DNA from: Kosmotogaceae bacterium
Lineage (GTDB): Bacteria; Thermotogota; Thermotogae; Petrotogales; Kosmotogaceae
Length of the DNA: 41,371 bases
Assembly (NCBI GenBank): GCA_049975465.1
Contig: JBNGCV010000001.1
Coordinates: forward strand, 139,532 to 180,902
Direction of reading: 5' to 3'
A model generated the notes under the pieces. The model was not told where the DNA came from, made no database searches, and saw only the letters and a list, made by a program, of their open reading frames with translations. This document shows, piece after piece, positions 1-8,966 of this stretch (the first letter of the stretch is position 1; every line of letters begins with the position of its first letter). The position numbers and the translations under genes are program-made.

Positions 1-564
1 GCAAAGGTGAGACGTAAAAATATTCTGAATGGACAGAATGACAACCTTCTGGATTGTATGAAACTTAAAGGTAATGAACTGATTCTTGATACCACTTTCG
101 GTCTTGGAAGTGAAGCGCTTTTACTTTCTCATTATCTTGATAAAGGTAAAGTTGTGGGCCTGGAATCATCGATACATATTTTTAGAATTGTGTCACATGG
201 ACTGAAACACTATCCCTTCAAATATAACTGGCTTTCTGAAGCATCAAAGCGCATTGTTTTACTCCATAAGAACTTTAAATACTTTATAAGGAATATCGCT
301 TCAAAATCATACGATATTGTCTACTGTGATCCCATGTTTGAGATTCCTCAGTTCAGATCTGATTCTATCAATCCGCTTCGTTATTTCGCCAACTATGAGC
401 AGTTGTCAAGGGAGGATATCAATGAATTCATACGGGTTGCCAAAAGAAGTGTAGTACTAAAATCGAGGATAACCGATCAACTTTTCAGTGAACTTAATAC
501 AAATTTTTCATATCAAAAAATCAGTAAAAACAGTGGTGTAATATACGGAGTGATAGAATTATGA
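1..564 (+). CDS. rsmJ: RsmJ-like class I SAM-dependent rRNA methyltransferase (DUF548 family); 5' end lies outside the window, so the N-terminus is missing
   Basis: The frame is open from base 1. The translation carries RsmJ-like motifs (DTTFGLGSEALLLS ~ DATAGLGRDAFVLAS; IVYCDPMFEIPQ ~ VVYLDPMFPHKQ; AKRSVVLKSR ~ ATKRVVVKRP). The stop overlaps the miaA ATG (ATGA). Confidence 0.55.
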   Translation, partial: AKVRRKNILNGQNDNLLDCMKLKGNELILDTTFGLGSEALLLSHYLDKGKVVGLESSIHIFRIVSHGLKHYPFKYNWLSEASKRIVLLHKNFKYFIRNIASKSYDIVYCDPMFEIPQFRSDSINPLRYFANYEQLSREDINEFIRVAKRSVVLKSRITDQLFSELNTNFSYQKISKNSGVIYGVIEL

Positions 565-1487
565 CCATTCCTATGATTTTAGGACCTACAGGGGTTGGTA
601 AAACTGAATTATTGATTGAAATAGGTAAAGAAATCCCCATTGAAGTAGTATCAATTGATTCTAGGCAGATATACAAATACATGGATATCGGCACGGCCAA
701 ACCTGATGAGAAAATTGTTAATGAAGTGCCTCACCACATGATAGATTTCGTTGAACCTGACGAGGAATTTAATGTTTTTAAATTTAAAGAAATTGCTGAA
801 AAAACGATAGATAACATAATCAGAAGAAATAAGATTCCTGTTCCTGCTGGTGGAACAGGAATGTATGCTGAAGCATTAATGTCTGGACTGGTAAAAAATG
901 CTTCAAAAAATACTAATGTTAGAAAAGCCTTGAGGATTATCGATGAGGAAAATCCTGGAATATTGCGAAAATTGTTGAAAATTGTCGATAATGACGCCTT
1001 CGAGAAGTTTCATGAACATGATAAGAAAAGGACAATTAGATACCTCGAGGTCTTTCTAACGACTGGTAAACCTTTATCAATTCTTCAGAAAGAAGCACAA
1101 CCTTCGAAAAGTTTTGCTGTTATAATACTAAATAGAGACAGAAAAGAACTGCACGAAAGAATAAACAAACGTGTAGATAATATGTTGGAAAAAGGACTGT
1201 TACAGGAAGTAAAGAGTTTAAGAGACAATGGCTTTTCTCCAGACTTAAATGCAATGCAGAGTATAGGTTATAATGAGATAAACAGTTATCTTGATGGAAA
1301 AATAACCTGGGAAGAAGCTGTGGAGCTTATAAAAAGAAATACAAGAAGGTTTGCCAGAAGGCAAATAATCTGGTTTAGGCGATACAGAAAAGCTATATGG
1401 TTCAATTTAACAAACGATTCTTATTATAACAATGCAGAATCAGTTAAATCGAAATTATTATCTATTTGGGGGGATAAGAATGACTGA
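561..1487 (+). CDS. miaA: tRNA dimethylallyltransferase MiaA
   Basis: N-terminal P-loop ILGPTGVGKTELLIEIG, with the MiaA pattern SIDSRQIYKYMDIGTAKP. RBS GGAGTGA lies 7 nt upstream. Confidence 0.9.
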   Translation: MTIPMILGPTGVGKTELLIEIGKEIPIEVVSIDSRQIYKYMDIGTAKPDEKIVNEVPHHMIDFVEPDEEFNVFKFKEIAEKTIDNIIRRNKIPVPAGGTGMYAEALMSGLVKNASKNTNVRKALRIIDEENPGILRKLLKIVDNDAFEKFHEHDKKRTIRYLEVFLTTGKPLSILQKEAQPSKSFAVIILNRDRKELHERINKRVDNMLEKGLLQEVKSLRDNGFSPDLNAMQSIGYNEINSYLDGKITWEEAVELIKRNTRRFARRQIIWFRRYRKAIWFNLTNDSYYNNAESVKSKLLSIWGDKND

Positions 1488-1707
1488 GAAGTTTAACCTT
1501 CAGGACAGGTTTCTCAATTTACTACGTATTAACAAAATCGAAGTGAGAGTGTTCCTGGAAGGTGGGTTTCAGACAAAAGGCGTAATAAAGTCCTTTGATA
1601 GTTTTACCGTTTTGCTTGAAGATGGCGAGGAACAAACTCTTGTATACAAACATGCCATCAAGATGCTTATACCATCAAAATATGTTAAGCTTTCACAAAA
1701 GAATTGA
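1480..1707 (+). CDS. hfq: RNA chaperone Hfq
   Basis: Sm1/Sm2 core FLNLLRINKIEVRVFLEGGFQTKGVIKSFDSFTVLL...VYKHAI. The internal ATG at 1480 is preceded by GGGGGG; the longer ORF from 1432 is unlikely. Confidence 0.9.
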   Translation: MTEKFNLQDRFLNLLRINKIEVRVFLEGGFQTKGVIKSFDSFTVLLEDGEEQTLVYKHAIKMLIPSKYVKLSQKN

Positions 1708-1721
1708 AGAGGTGATATTAA

Positions 1722-2957
1722 ATAGCAAAAAAAGCACTAATTATAGCAGTTTCCAGTCAATACAACAAGAAAAAAACAGCTGAATTATGTAATGAATTGA
1801 GATTTCTGGCCACAACTGCTGATTATGAAGTTGTAGAAACAATCATTCAAAATCGTGAACATATTCATCCCGCTTATTATATCGGAAAAGGCAAACTTGA
1901 ATATATCAAAAGATTAGTACATCATGAAAATATATCATATCTAATAGCACTCGATGAGTTAAGCCCAACACAAAAAACTGAAATAGAGAAAGTGCTTGAA
2001 ATAACTGTCTTGGATAGAACCGGACTTATACTTACAATCTTCGCCCGAAATGCCACTACAAAAGAGGGGAAAATGGAGGTTGAGCTTGCACAATTGAGAT
2101 ATTCCTTGCCAACACTTAAGGGAAAAGGCAAGAAACTTTCTAACTTAGGTGGAGGAATTGGAACGAGAGGACCGGGTGAAAAAAAGTTAGAGATAGATAA
2201 AAGAAACGCACTGAAGAGAATATCTCACTTAAGAGAAACATTGAAGAAACTGCGCTCCGAGCGTTCTACAATGAGAAAAAGAAGAATGGAGAACTCAATA
2301 CCGGTAGTGTCACTTGTGGGTTATACCAATGCAGGTAAAACATCCATAATGAATGAGATCACGGGCAGTGAATTACAGACAGAGGATAAACTATTTTCAA
2401 CACTAGAAACACGAGTAAGACGTGCCATTCTACCTAGCGGAATGACAATATTAATATCTGACACTGTCGGTTTTATTAGAGAGCTTCCTCATGAATTGAT
2501 GGCTTCATTTAAATCAACGCTGGAGGAAGTAAATTTTTCTGATCTTTTGTTTGTTGTTCTGGATGCATCGGATATAAATATAGATGAAAAATACGCAACT
2601 GTTGAAAAAACCATAAAAGAGATAGGAGCTGACAAAATAGACAAGATAATTGTGCTAAATAAAATAGATCTTTGCACAAACAACAGAATAAGAGAGCTTG
2701 AAAACACATATCCGGGTGCAGTTTTTGTCAGTGCATCAAAAAGTTTTAATATTCAGGAAATGCTCAACAGAGTGCAACAATATTTCAACAAAGATAAAAA
2801 GATATTCAGTATAAAAATACCCATGCATAAACTCTCAAGGTTTTTACAGTACAGAGAAAAAATGACTGTTTTAGAAGAAAGATATACCAACAATGTTGCA
2901 TATTTAACGTATCAAGCAGATAAAGAACTACAAAACCATATACTAACCAGATTGTGA
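1722..2957 (+). CDS. hflX: GTPase HflX; the start appears to be a non-canonical ATA at 1722 (the first canonical start, TTG at 1797, would truncate the conserved N-terminal domain)
   Basis: HflX signature GGGIGTRGPGEKKLEIDKR, G1 motif GYTNAGKTS and DTVGF. The in-frame translation upstream of the TTG (KKALIIAVSSQYNKKKTAELCNE-LRFLATTADYEVV) aligns with the HflX N-terminal domain (E. coli AVLVHIYF...DLQEFESLVSSAGVEAL). SD GAGGTGA (1709-1715) sits 6 nt before ATA 1722, directly after in-frame stops. Confidence 0.8.
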   Translation: MAKKALIIAVSSQYNKKKTAELCNELRFLATTADYEVVETIIQNREHIHPAYYIGKGKLEYIKRLVHHENISYLIALDELSPTQKTEIEKVLEITVLDRTGLILTIFARNATTKEGKMEVELAQLRYSLPTLKGKGKKLSNLGGGIGTRGPGEKKLEIDKRNALKRISHLRETLKKLRSERSTMRKRRMENSIPVVSLVGYTNAGKTSIMNEITGSELQTEDKLFSTLETRVRRAILPSGMTILISDTVGFIRELPHELMASFKSTLEEVNFSDLLFVVLDASDINIDEKYATVEKTIKEIGADKIDKIIVLNKIDLCTNNRIRELENTYPGAVFVSASKSFNIQEMLNRVQQYFNKDKKIFSIKIPMHKLSRFLQYREKMTVLEERYTNNVAYLTYQADKELQNHILTRL

Positions 2958-2970
2958 GGGAGGAGTAACT

Positions 2971-3993
2971 ATGAAAAAGACCGTTACTCTTATAGTTTTT
3001 CTAATTTTTTCTTTATCAGTAATAACAGCATCGGTTCTTTCTGATCCACTTAATATAGAATTATTGGTAACAGGATACTTTGGTGAATACAGGAGCACTT
3101 TTTCCTCAGACTTAAATATAAGCGAACATTTTCATAAAGGTATTGACCTATCCACAAATTCCAGGGTGGGGTTGGAGGTATTCGCTCCTGAAAGTGGATA
3201 TGTAGATTCTTTAATGATAAACCATCCACTTTATGGAACCGCTTTGATGCTGACACTTCCTGAAGTAAAGGATTTCGTTACAAATGAAAAAGGTATCAAA
3301 ATCTTATTTGGACATTTACAGGATCTGGGAACTATGACCAACGCAAGCGGTAGACAGTTGAATAAAATCTTCAATGAGGTGCTGCTTGACTACGGTTCAA
3401 GTTACATTCAGGTGAAATTCCCTGAAGATGAGATTGAATTCAATAAAGGTGAAATGATCGCTTACAGCGGCAATACAGGCAATGTCGATCCTCATCTTCA
3501 TGTTGAGATAAGGGATCTTGAAGAAACGATGGTTCTTAACCCAGGAATGTATTTTGAACTGCCAGAATATGCAGGTACAACTGTAAAAGTTTTTGAGATA
3601 ATTTCTGGAGGAGATGTGTATGATATTACAAAATATCCCAATCCTCTTGTGAAAACATCACCATATACTCCATTTCTGCTGAGAACGCGCGTTGAATCAA
3701 GACAACCAATTAATCCTAAATCGATATCGATTTATGTTGAAGATTCTTTGATATATCGTATTGATTTTTCATATTTCTTGATAGAAAATAGCGACCTTGT
3801 GCACGAAATCTACACAAATTCTACTATGAGAGACTATCGTTATAGATTAAACGCAACTGCGCCTGAAGAAATCGTTACTGTAAATAAATGGCAAACTGTT
3901 GATCTAAGTTCTGAAAAAAATGCTCGATTGGAAGTAATAGATCACTGGGGAAATCGCGTTGAGGTGAAATTTCGTTTAATCGAGCGGAGGTGA
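2971..3993 (+). CDS. Secreted M23 family metallopeptidase (LytM-like)
   Basis: N-terminal signal peptide. M23 motifs HFHKGIDL (HxxxD) and GNVDPHLHVEIRD (HxH). RBS GGGAGGAG. Confidence 0.75.
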   Translation: MKKTVTLIVFLIFSLSVITASVLSDPLNIELLVTGYFGEYRSTFSSDLNISEHFHKGIDLSTNSRVGLEVFAPESGYVDSLMINHPLYGTALMLTLPEVKDFVTNEKGIKILFGHLQDLGTMTNASGRQLNKIFNEVLLDYGSSYIQVKFPEDEIEFNKGEMIAYSGNTGNVDPHLHVEIRDLEETMVLNPGMYFELPEYAGTTVKVFEIISGGDVYDITKYPNPLVKTSPYTPFLLRTRVESRQPINPKSISIYVEDSLIYRIDFSYFLIENSDLVHEIYTNSTMRDYRYRLNATAPEEIVTVNKWQTVDLSSEKNARLEVIDHWGNRVEVKFRLIERR

Positions 3994-4319
3994 TCCGGTT
4001 GTTTTCATGGAAGAAGGAAAAAGATATCACAAAGAATCCCTTTTACGATGAAAGAAACACTCTTGTTGTCTATTTCAAATGCAAAAAATGCGGTGAAGTA
4101 TTTCGAAGTCACCTGAGAAAATACTATGATATTGCAGTGGATTATTCAGGAGGAGGTTTTTCATATAAACTTGATAAAGAGTTTATTGGAAGCGAATGCC
4201 AGAATAAGATTCATATATACGCCAACTTTAAAAGAAATTTCAAGCCAAAGAATTTCGAAATAGTTGGCGGAGAATTTATTTCTAAAGAGGATTATGAAGC
4301 TGCTAAAAACGATAGTTAA
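3990..4319 (+). CDS. Small hypothetical protein (109 aa) with a CxxC motif
   Basis: ORF overlapping the upstream stop by 4 nt (ATGA-type coupling). Contains CKKCGEVF and is Lys-rich. No recognisable family. Confidence 0.4.
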   Translation: MIRLFSWKKEKDITKNPFYDERNTLVVYFKCKKCGEVFRSHLRKYYDIAVDYSGGGFSYKLDKEFIGSECQNKIHIYANFKRNFKPKNFEIVGGEFISKEDYEAAKNDS

Positions 4320-4340
4320 TATAGAAAAGGAGGCAACCAG

Positions 4341-5525
4341 ATGAATAAATGGTTATTCACTAGCGAAAGCGTCACAGAAGGACATCCTGATAAGGTGGCT
4401 GATCAAATATCTGACAGTATATTAGATGCACTACTTGAACAGGATCCTGAGTCACGAGCAGCTGTTGAAACACTGGTAGCAACAGGTGTGGCTATCGTTG
4501 CAGGCGAAGTGAGTTCAAGGGCTTATGTTGATATACCAAGTATCGTGAGAGACACTATTATGGATATTGGATATACCAGAGCTAAATTCGGTTTTGATGG
4601 AGAAACATGTGCTGTTCTAACAAGCATAGAAGAACAATCTCCAGATATTGCCCTGGGTGTAAATAAATCGATAGAAGCCAGGCAGTCTGATGAGAATAAT
4701 TACAATGTCATTGGAGCTGGCGATCAGGGAATGATGTTTGGATATGCAACTACCGAAACGCAGGAATTTATGCCACTGCCAATAATACTTGCTCATCAGC
4801 TTTCAAAAAGATTGGCAGATGTCAGAAAGAAAAAAATCGTAAAGGGCATTAGACCTGATGGTAAGACTCAGGTAACTGTTTTATATGAGGATGGAAAGCC
4901 TGCCGCTGTTACCACAATTGTTGTATCAACACAACATGATCCGGATATTGAGCTTTCTGAGATTCGTAAAATAGTAGAAGAACATGTTATAAATCCTGTT
5001 ATCCCAGGGGAGTTTCTCCCAAAAAAGCCCACAATCCATGTCAATCCAACTGGAAGGTTTGTTAAAGGTGGACCTGCAGCAGATACAGGTTTAACAGGAA
5101 GAAAAATAATAGTTGATACATACGGTGGTTGGGTACCTCACGGAGGTGGAGCATTCAGTGGTAAAGATGCCACAAAAGTGGACAGATCAGCAAACTACAT
5201 GGCAAGATACGCTGCCAAAAATGTTGTTGCTGCTGGACTTGCTGAAAAATTAATGATCCAGGTAGCCTATGCAATTGGTGTGGCTTATCCTGTATCATTT
5301 ATGCTTGACGCTTATGGAACAGAGAAGGTAGATTTAAGCAAACTAAAGAAGCTTGTTGCGGAGCTCTTTGATTTCAGACCAGCTGCAATAATAGACAAAC
5401 TTGAGTTGCGAACACCATTTTATAGAAAAACAGCTGCCTACGGCCACTTTGGAAGAAACGATGTCGTTTTCCCCTGGGAAAAGCTTGACATGGTCGATGA
5501 GCTTAAAAGAGCTTTCAATTTATAG
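4341..5525 (+). CDS. metK: S-adenosylmethionine synthase
   Basis: [61 protein letters not shown]. Confidence 0.95.
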   Translation: MNKWLFTSESVTEGHPDKVADQISDSILDALLEQDPESRAAVETLVATGVAIVAGEVSSRAYVDIPSIVRDTIMDIGYTRAKFGFDGETCAVLTSIEEQSPDIALGVNKSIEARQSDENNYNVIGAGDQGMMFGYATTETQEFMPLPIILAHQLSKRLADVRKKKIVKGIRPDGKTQVTVLYEDGKPAAVTTIVVSTQHDPDIELSEIRKIVEEHVINPVIPGEFLPKKPTIHVNPTGRFVKGGPAADTGLTGRKIIVDTYGGWVPHGGGAFSGKDATKVDRSANYMARYAAKNVVAAGLAEKLMIQVAYAIGVAYPVSFMLDAYGTEKVDLSKLKKLVAELFDFRPAAIIDKLELRTPFYRKTAAYGHFGRNDVVFPWEKLDMVDELKRAFNL

Positions 5526-5574
5526 AATTTAATGATACAATAAACTTCAGAAATGGTGAAAGGAGGATATCCGA

Positions 5575-5853
5575 GTGGCAAATATCAAATCAGCTAAAAA
5601 GAGAGTGAAACAGAATGAAAAAAGACGTATTCAAAATAAGGCACTGAGAACTCGAATGAAAAACATAACGAAAAAGTTGCTTGTTGCGATAGATGCAGAG
5701 GAATCACCGGAAAAGGTCCAGGAACTGCTTTCTTCAACTTATTCTGTTCTTGACAAAGCAGCTAAAAAAGGCGTGATTCATAAAAACAAGGCTTCCAGAA
5801 AGAAATCTCGATTGACTGTAAGAGCCAAAAATTATCTGGAAAGTCATAAATAA
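5575..5853 (+). CDS. rpsT: 30S ribosomal protein S20
   Basis: MANIKSAKKRVKQNEKRR..., GTG start, RBS AAAGGAGG. Confidence 0.9.
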   Translation: MANIKSAKKRVKQNEKRRIQNKALRTRMKNITKKLLVAIDAEESPEKVQELLSSTYSVLDKAAKKGVIHKNKASRKKSRLTVRAKNYLESHK

Positions 5854-5856
5854 TAA

Positions 5857-5890
5857 AAGAGGGGTAGAATAAATACCCCTCTTTTTTGCG
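5857..5890. terminator. Rho-independent terminator, probably bidirectional (rpsT on + and the ABC ATPase gene on -)
   Basis: Hairpin AGAGGGGTA-gaataaa-TACCCCTCT followed by TTTTTT; an A-run lies upstream for the opposite strand. Confidence 0.6.
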
Positions 5891-5896
5891 TATTTA

Positions 5897-7090
5897 TTAC
5901 TCTCTTTCTTTAACATCCTGAGCTTCAGCCGATTTTGCTTTTTTCATCTCTTCTTCAATTTGAAGTTCTTCTCCATGAAGTCCGGCAAGTCTGTTTTCTT
6001 CTGTATCGGGATCAAAAACGTGCAACATCTTCATATCAAATACAAGTTCCATTTGATCTCCCGTTGATGCTCTCGATTTAGGATCAACTTTGGCTACAAT
6101 GGTATCTCCCATAACGTTTATATGGATCAATGTTTCGCTTCCTAGAGGTTCTACAACTTCTACTTCACCACTAACGGTATTCTCTTCGGAGGCATCTTTA
6201 GCAAACATCTTATCGTACATATCTTCAGGTCTAATTCCCATAACGATATCCTTGCCAGCAAGGTCTTCAATTTTGTCGTAGAAATTTTTAGGAATTAACA
6301 ATCTTGTATTCTCTTTAGCTATCCACAATTTTCCATTATCTTTCTCAATTCTTACATTAAGGAAATTCATTGCTGGCGTGCCTATAAATCCAGAAACAAA
6401 TTTATTGATCGGTTCAAAATAAACAGAGTAGGGATCACCTATCTGCTGAATTAATCCATCTTTTATAATGACTATCTTATCAGCCATAGTCATAGCCTCA
6501 ACCTGGTCATGAGTAACATATATCATGGTTGCTTCTAATCTGTGCTGTAATCTTTTTAACTCAGCTCTCATTTGGACTCTTAATTTAGCATCGAGATTAG
6601 ATAGTGGTTCATCAAAAAGGAAAACTTTTGGATCCCTGACAATGGCTCTACCCACAGCAACCCTCTGTCTCTGACCACCGGATAGTTGTTTGGGTTTTCT
6701 ATCAAGCAGTGGGCTTATTCCAAGTATTTCTGCAGCTTCTTTTACACGTTTTTCAATATCCGGTTTTGGCATTTTTCTGAGTTTTAAACCAAAAGCCATG
6801 TTTTCGTAAACAGTCATATGAGGATAAAGAGCGTAGTTCTGGAAAACCATCGCGATATCTCTGTCTTTTGGTTCAACATCGTTCACTACCTTCCCATCAA
6901 TAGCAACTGTACCGTCAGTGATTTCCTCCAGTCCTGCAATCATTCGCAATGTTGTTGTTTTACCACAACCCGAAGGTCCAAGTAAAACAACGAATTCTTT
7001 GTCCTCCACCATCAAATTCGCCTTCTTAACCGCCTGAACATTACCAGGAAATATCTTAGTTACATCCTTCAATACAACTTGAGCCATCAA
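5897..7090 (-). CDS. malK: Sugar ABC transporter ATP-binding protein (MalK/MsmK/UgpC type) with an acidic C-terminal tail
   Basis: Walker A GPSGCGKTT, Q-loop, signature LSGGQRQRVAVGRA, Walker B VFLFDEPLSNLD, and a C-terminal regulatory (MalK-like) domain. It is a lone ATPase with no adjacent permease genes. Confidence 0.9.
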   Translation of the reverse strand: MMAQVVLKDVTKIFPGNVQAVKKANLMVEDKEFVVLLGPSGCGKTTTLRMIAGLEEITDGTVAIDGKVVNDVEPKDRDIAMVFQNYALYPHMTVYENMAFGLKLRKMPKPDIEKRVKEAAEILGISPLLDRKPKQLSGGQRQRVAVGRAIVRDPKVFLFDEPLSNLDAKLRVQMRAELKRLQHRLEATMIYVTHDQVEAMTMADKIVIIKDGLIQQIGDPYSVYFEPINKFVSGFIGTPAMNFLNVRIEKDNGKLWIAKENTRLLIPKNFYDKIEDLAGKDIVMGIRPEDMYDKMFAKDASEENTVSGEVEVVEPLGSETLIHINVMGDTIVAKVDPKSRASTGDQMELVFDMKMLHVFDPDTEENRLAGLHGEELQIEEEMKKAKSAEAQDVKERE

Positions 7091-7101
7091 AACACCTCCA
7101 A

Positions 7102-7371
7102 TTAATCTTCTTCAGTACTGTCAAGTATATCCTTTAATTCCGCATTCGCTACATCAGAACCCGCGTCCATCAAATACAACTCGTAAACAGAATCTAAGAA
7201 TTTCTGAATCTTGACATATTTTTCATAGGAAAGGAGAGCAACCGAGGGAAGTCCATTTTTTGTTATAATTACATCATGATCATCATTATTTACAACACCT
7301 ATGACCTTTGATAGATTTGCTTTAGCTTCAGCTATCGTATAAAAATGAAGTTTTTCCAATTTTGGCAACAT
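7102..7371 (-). CDS. Phd/YefM-family antitoxin-like protein (orphan; no cognate toxin gene adjacent)
   Basis: FYTIAEAKANLSKVIGVVNNDDHDVIITKNGLPSVALLSYEKY aligns with YefM/Phd (TISYSEARQNLS...[20 protein letters not shown]). ATG at 7371 is preceded by GAGGTGA. The longer ORF (TTG at 7416) would read through the palindromic operator and is rejected. Confidence 0.55.
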   Translation of the reverse strand: MLPKLEKLHFYTIAEAKANLSKVIGVVNNDDHDVIITKNGLPSVALLSYEKYVKIQKFLDSVYELYLMDAGSDVANAELKDILDSTEED

Positions 7372-7398
7372 GCTCACCTCAACAAGATTATACACGAT

Positions 7399-7414
7399 GA
7401 CTATAATTATAGTC
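7399..7414. promoter_or_regulatory. Perfect 16-bp palindrome GACTATAATTATAGTC containing TATAAT on both strands (candidate operator overlapping divergent -10 elements)
   Basis: Read directly from the divergent intergenic region between the Phd/YefM-like gene (-) and the 2Fe-2S reductase gene (+). Confidence 0.5.
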
Positions 7415-7454
7415 AAGCAAAAATTAAGATTAGTAAACTCTCTGGAGGCAAATT

Positions 7455-8465
7455 ATGTCAAATAAAGCGAAACTAACAATTAATGGTGAACAAACATATG
7501 AATTGAATAAGGGTAGATCCCTTTTTCATAATTTGATTGATAATAACATTTATCTTCCATCTGCTTGTGGTGGAAAGGGTATGTGCGGCCGCTGCAAAAT
7601 AAAGGTTTTAAGCAATTTGGAAGGTTATTCAGAATCTGAGAACAAACATCTCACACTGTCTGATAAAAAGGAAGGTTATCGGCTGGCCTGCCAGATTAAT
7701 GTTAAGAAGGACCTTTTGGTTGAGATACCTGAAGAATTACTTTCATGGGAATATGACGCTAATATTGTAAAAATGGATGACGTAACCCACGACATAAAGA
7801 GCATAACTCTGTCTTTTGACAAACCTATGTCTTTCAGAGCCGGGCAATATATACAGCTGATTATTCCCCCTTATGGTAACATAGAAGATAAGACTGTTCG
7901 CGCTTATTCAATAGCATCTCCACCTTCAAGTAAAAATACCATTGAGCTTCTTGTCAGACTCGTACCTGATGGAATCGCTACAACATATATTCACAAATAT
8001 CTGAATGTAGGTGACAAATTATCTTTTACAGGACCTTTCGGTGATTTTTTTATTCGGGATACTAATGCCAGTATTCTTTTCATTGCTGGCGGTTCAGGAT
8101 TGGCACCAATAAAGTCCATGGTTCTTGATATGCTGGAAAGAAAGCAAACCAATAGAGATATGTATTTTTTCTTTGGCGCCAGAACGATTAGTGATATCTA
8201 TTATGATGATCTTTTCAATAGCATTGCTGAAAAAATATCTTCGTTTAGTTTCATTCCAGCTATATCTGAACCTTCAACTGATGATTGGAAGGGTGAAAAA
8301 GGCTTAATAACTGATGTAGTAGATAGTTTTTTACAAAAACAAAATGAAAGAGAGTGGGAAGCCTATCTATGTGGTAGCCCTGGTATGATAAAAGCATGTG
8401 TACAAAACGTATTGTTAAAAGACAACATCGAATTTGGTAAAATCTATTACGATAAATTCGCTTAA
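7455..8465 (+). CDS. NqrF/AscD-like oxidoreductase: N-terminal plant-type 2Fe-2S ferredoxin domain plus an FNR-like FAD and NAD(P)-binding domain
   Basis: Cys cluster CGGKGMCGRCK...ACQ; FAD motif RAYSIASPP; NAD motif FIAGGSGLAPIKSM; C-terminal CGSPGM. RBS GGAGGCA. Confidence 0.8.
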   Translation: MSNKAKLTINGEQTYELNKGRSLFHNLIDNNIYLPSACGGKGMCGRCKIKVLSNLEGYSESENKHLTLSDKKEGYRLACQINVKKDLLVEIPEELLSWEYDANIVKMDDVTHDIKSITLSFDKPMSFRAGQYIQLIIPPYGNIEDKTVRAYSIASPPSSKNTIELLVRLVPDGIATTYIHKYLNVGDKLSFTGPFGDFFIRDTNASILFIAGGSGLAPIKSMVLDMLERKQTNRDMYFFFGARTISDIYYDDLFNSIAEKISSFSFIPAISEPSTDDWKGEKGLITDVVDSFLQKQNEREWEAYLCGSPGMIKACVQNVLLKDNIEFGKIYYDKFA

Positions 8466-8483
8466 GTTTTTGGAGGTAACAGT

Positions 8484-8966
8484 TTGAATAATTCAGAGAA
8501 AGAAAAAATTGAGTTTAATGTGGATAAAGGAGTCATGGTTGCCCGCGGTTTTATGGGGAACGATAAAAGACCTTTAGCAGAGATTATTGAAAATGACAGG
8601 CGGGTTCTCAGCCGTTACAATTTAACCTGTTCAAAGATTGCCAGTGCTTTAACCAGATTAAAAAAAGAGGGAGAAACGGGAATAGGGAATAATGTAATTG
8701 TTGACAAGATCTTTGAGGTGAACGTTGACATCAGCAGAGGATTTATACGTTGCCCCTTTGATCCACGCAATCATTTTAGAAAAACGAATATCTCGGTCAG
8801 AAAATTAAGAACCAATGAAAATATATTCTTCTCAGAATTAAGCATTCATTTAATAGAGAAACACTGTTTTTTCCAGGGAAAAGGATCGCCCTATAGACTA
8901 GAGCCAACAAAATTGATAAAATTTTTGGAGGAGTTCTTTGAAAATGAAAAAAAGAGCGAGAATTGA
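8484..8966 (+). CDS. Hypothetical protein (160 aa), apparently co-transcribed with the upstream reductase
   Basis: TTG start 6 nt after RBS GGAGGT, 18 nt from the upstream stop. No recognisable motifs. Confidence 0.45.
   Translation: MNNSEKEKIEFNVDKGVMVARGFMGNDKRPLAEIIENDRRVLSRYNLTCSKIASALTRLKKEGETGIGNNVIVDKIFEVNVDISRGFIRCPFDPRNHFRKTNISVRKLRTNENIFFSELSIHLIEKHCFFQGKGSPYRLEPTKLIKFLEEFFENEKKSEN

Noticed and set aside
1595-1783. 62-aa ORF overlapping the 3' end of hfq in another frame
   Set aside because: It is embedded in hfq and in the hflX leader and N-terminal region. It has no RBS and is low-complexity.
3994-4340. Possible SAM riboswitch upstream of metK
   Set aside because: The region is AT-rich coding-like sequence with none of the SAM-I conserved elements. 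It is occupied by a plausible small ORF that is 4-nt coupled to the upstream gene, with only 21 nt before the metK ATG.
7372-7416. Longer TTG start (7416) for the Phd/YefM-like gene
   Set aside because: This extension would translate the 16-bp palindrome itself (TTGACTATAATTATAGTC). The ATG at 7371 has a GAGGTGA SD and matches the N-terminus of YefM/Phd homologues.
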